DNA of 5,019 nucleotides, taken from a virus (lineage: Duplodnaviria > Heunggongvirae > Uroviricota > Caudoviricetes). Shown in pieces: positions 4,976 to 5,019 of the stretch. Below the pieces are notes generated by a model that saw nothing but the letters and a program-made list of their open reading frames with translations, did not search any database and was not told the DNA's origin. The DNA lies in IMG/VR virus record IMGVR_UViG_2534682234_000013, one strand, 5' to 3'. The position numbers were made by a program, and so were the translations under genes. Position 1 is the first letter of the stretch; every line of letters starts with the position of its first letter.

Positions 4976-5019
4976 ATGAAGAAAAAATACGAACTGGTTG
5001 TTAAAGGGATAAATAATTA
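4976..5019 (+). CDS. 5' end of next late gene (partial, 14 codons 'MKKKYELVVKGINN'); by position after the holin possibly the endolysin or another lysis-cassette gene
   Basis: ATG 4976 preceded by SD GGGGAGAG (4961-4968) lying within the holin 3' end; the ORF runs off the window end. Product cannot be determined from 14 residues. Confidence 0.45.
   Translation, partial: MKKKYELVVKGINN

Noticed and set aside
1-5019. CRISPR array, integrase/att site, or IS/transposase
   Set aside because: No regularly spaced direct repeats, no transposase-like ORF and no terminal inverted repeats were seen; the only repeats are short hairpins and a 9-bp tandem inside the nanS-p linker.

Overview
This window reads as the late-region cargo ("moron") segment of a lambdoid, Stx-phage-like prophage from an E. 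coli-like enterobacterium; all genes are on the + strand. No BLAST or tRNAscan could be run, so identifications rest on motifs read from the sequence and recalled family knowledge. In order: a terminator-like hairpin (88-114), a beta-class DNA methyltransferase (251-1309), a tRNA cluster (tRNA-Ile CAU 1350-1425, a truncated tRNA-like remnant 1427-1492, tRNA-Arg UCU 1506-1582), and a ~520-bp noncoding gap (1583-2105) packed with hairpin/T-tract structures. Then follow a NanS-p-type sialate O-acetylesterase (2106-4043), two small ORFs of unknown function (4191-4373 membrane protein; 4411-4680 acidic protein), an S21-like dual-start holin (4756-4971), and the first 14 codons of the next gene (4976-5019). 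No Shiga toxin genes, CRISPR array, or transposase/IS element is present. The best candidates for something undescribed are the two small ORFs ahead of the lysis cassette, the structured noncoding gap at the position where stxAB sits in Stx phages, and the uncharacterised C-terminal domain of the esterase.
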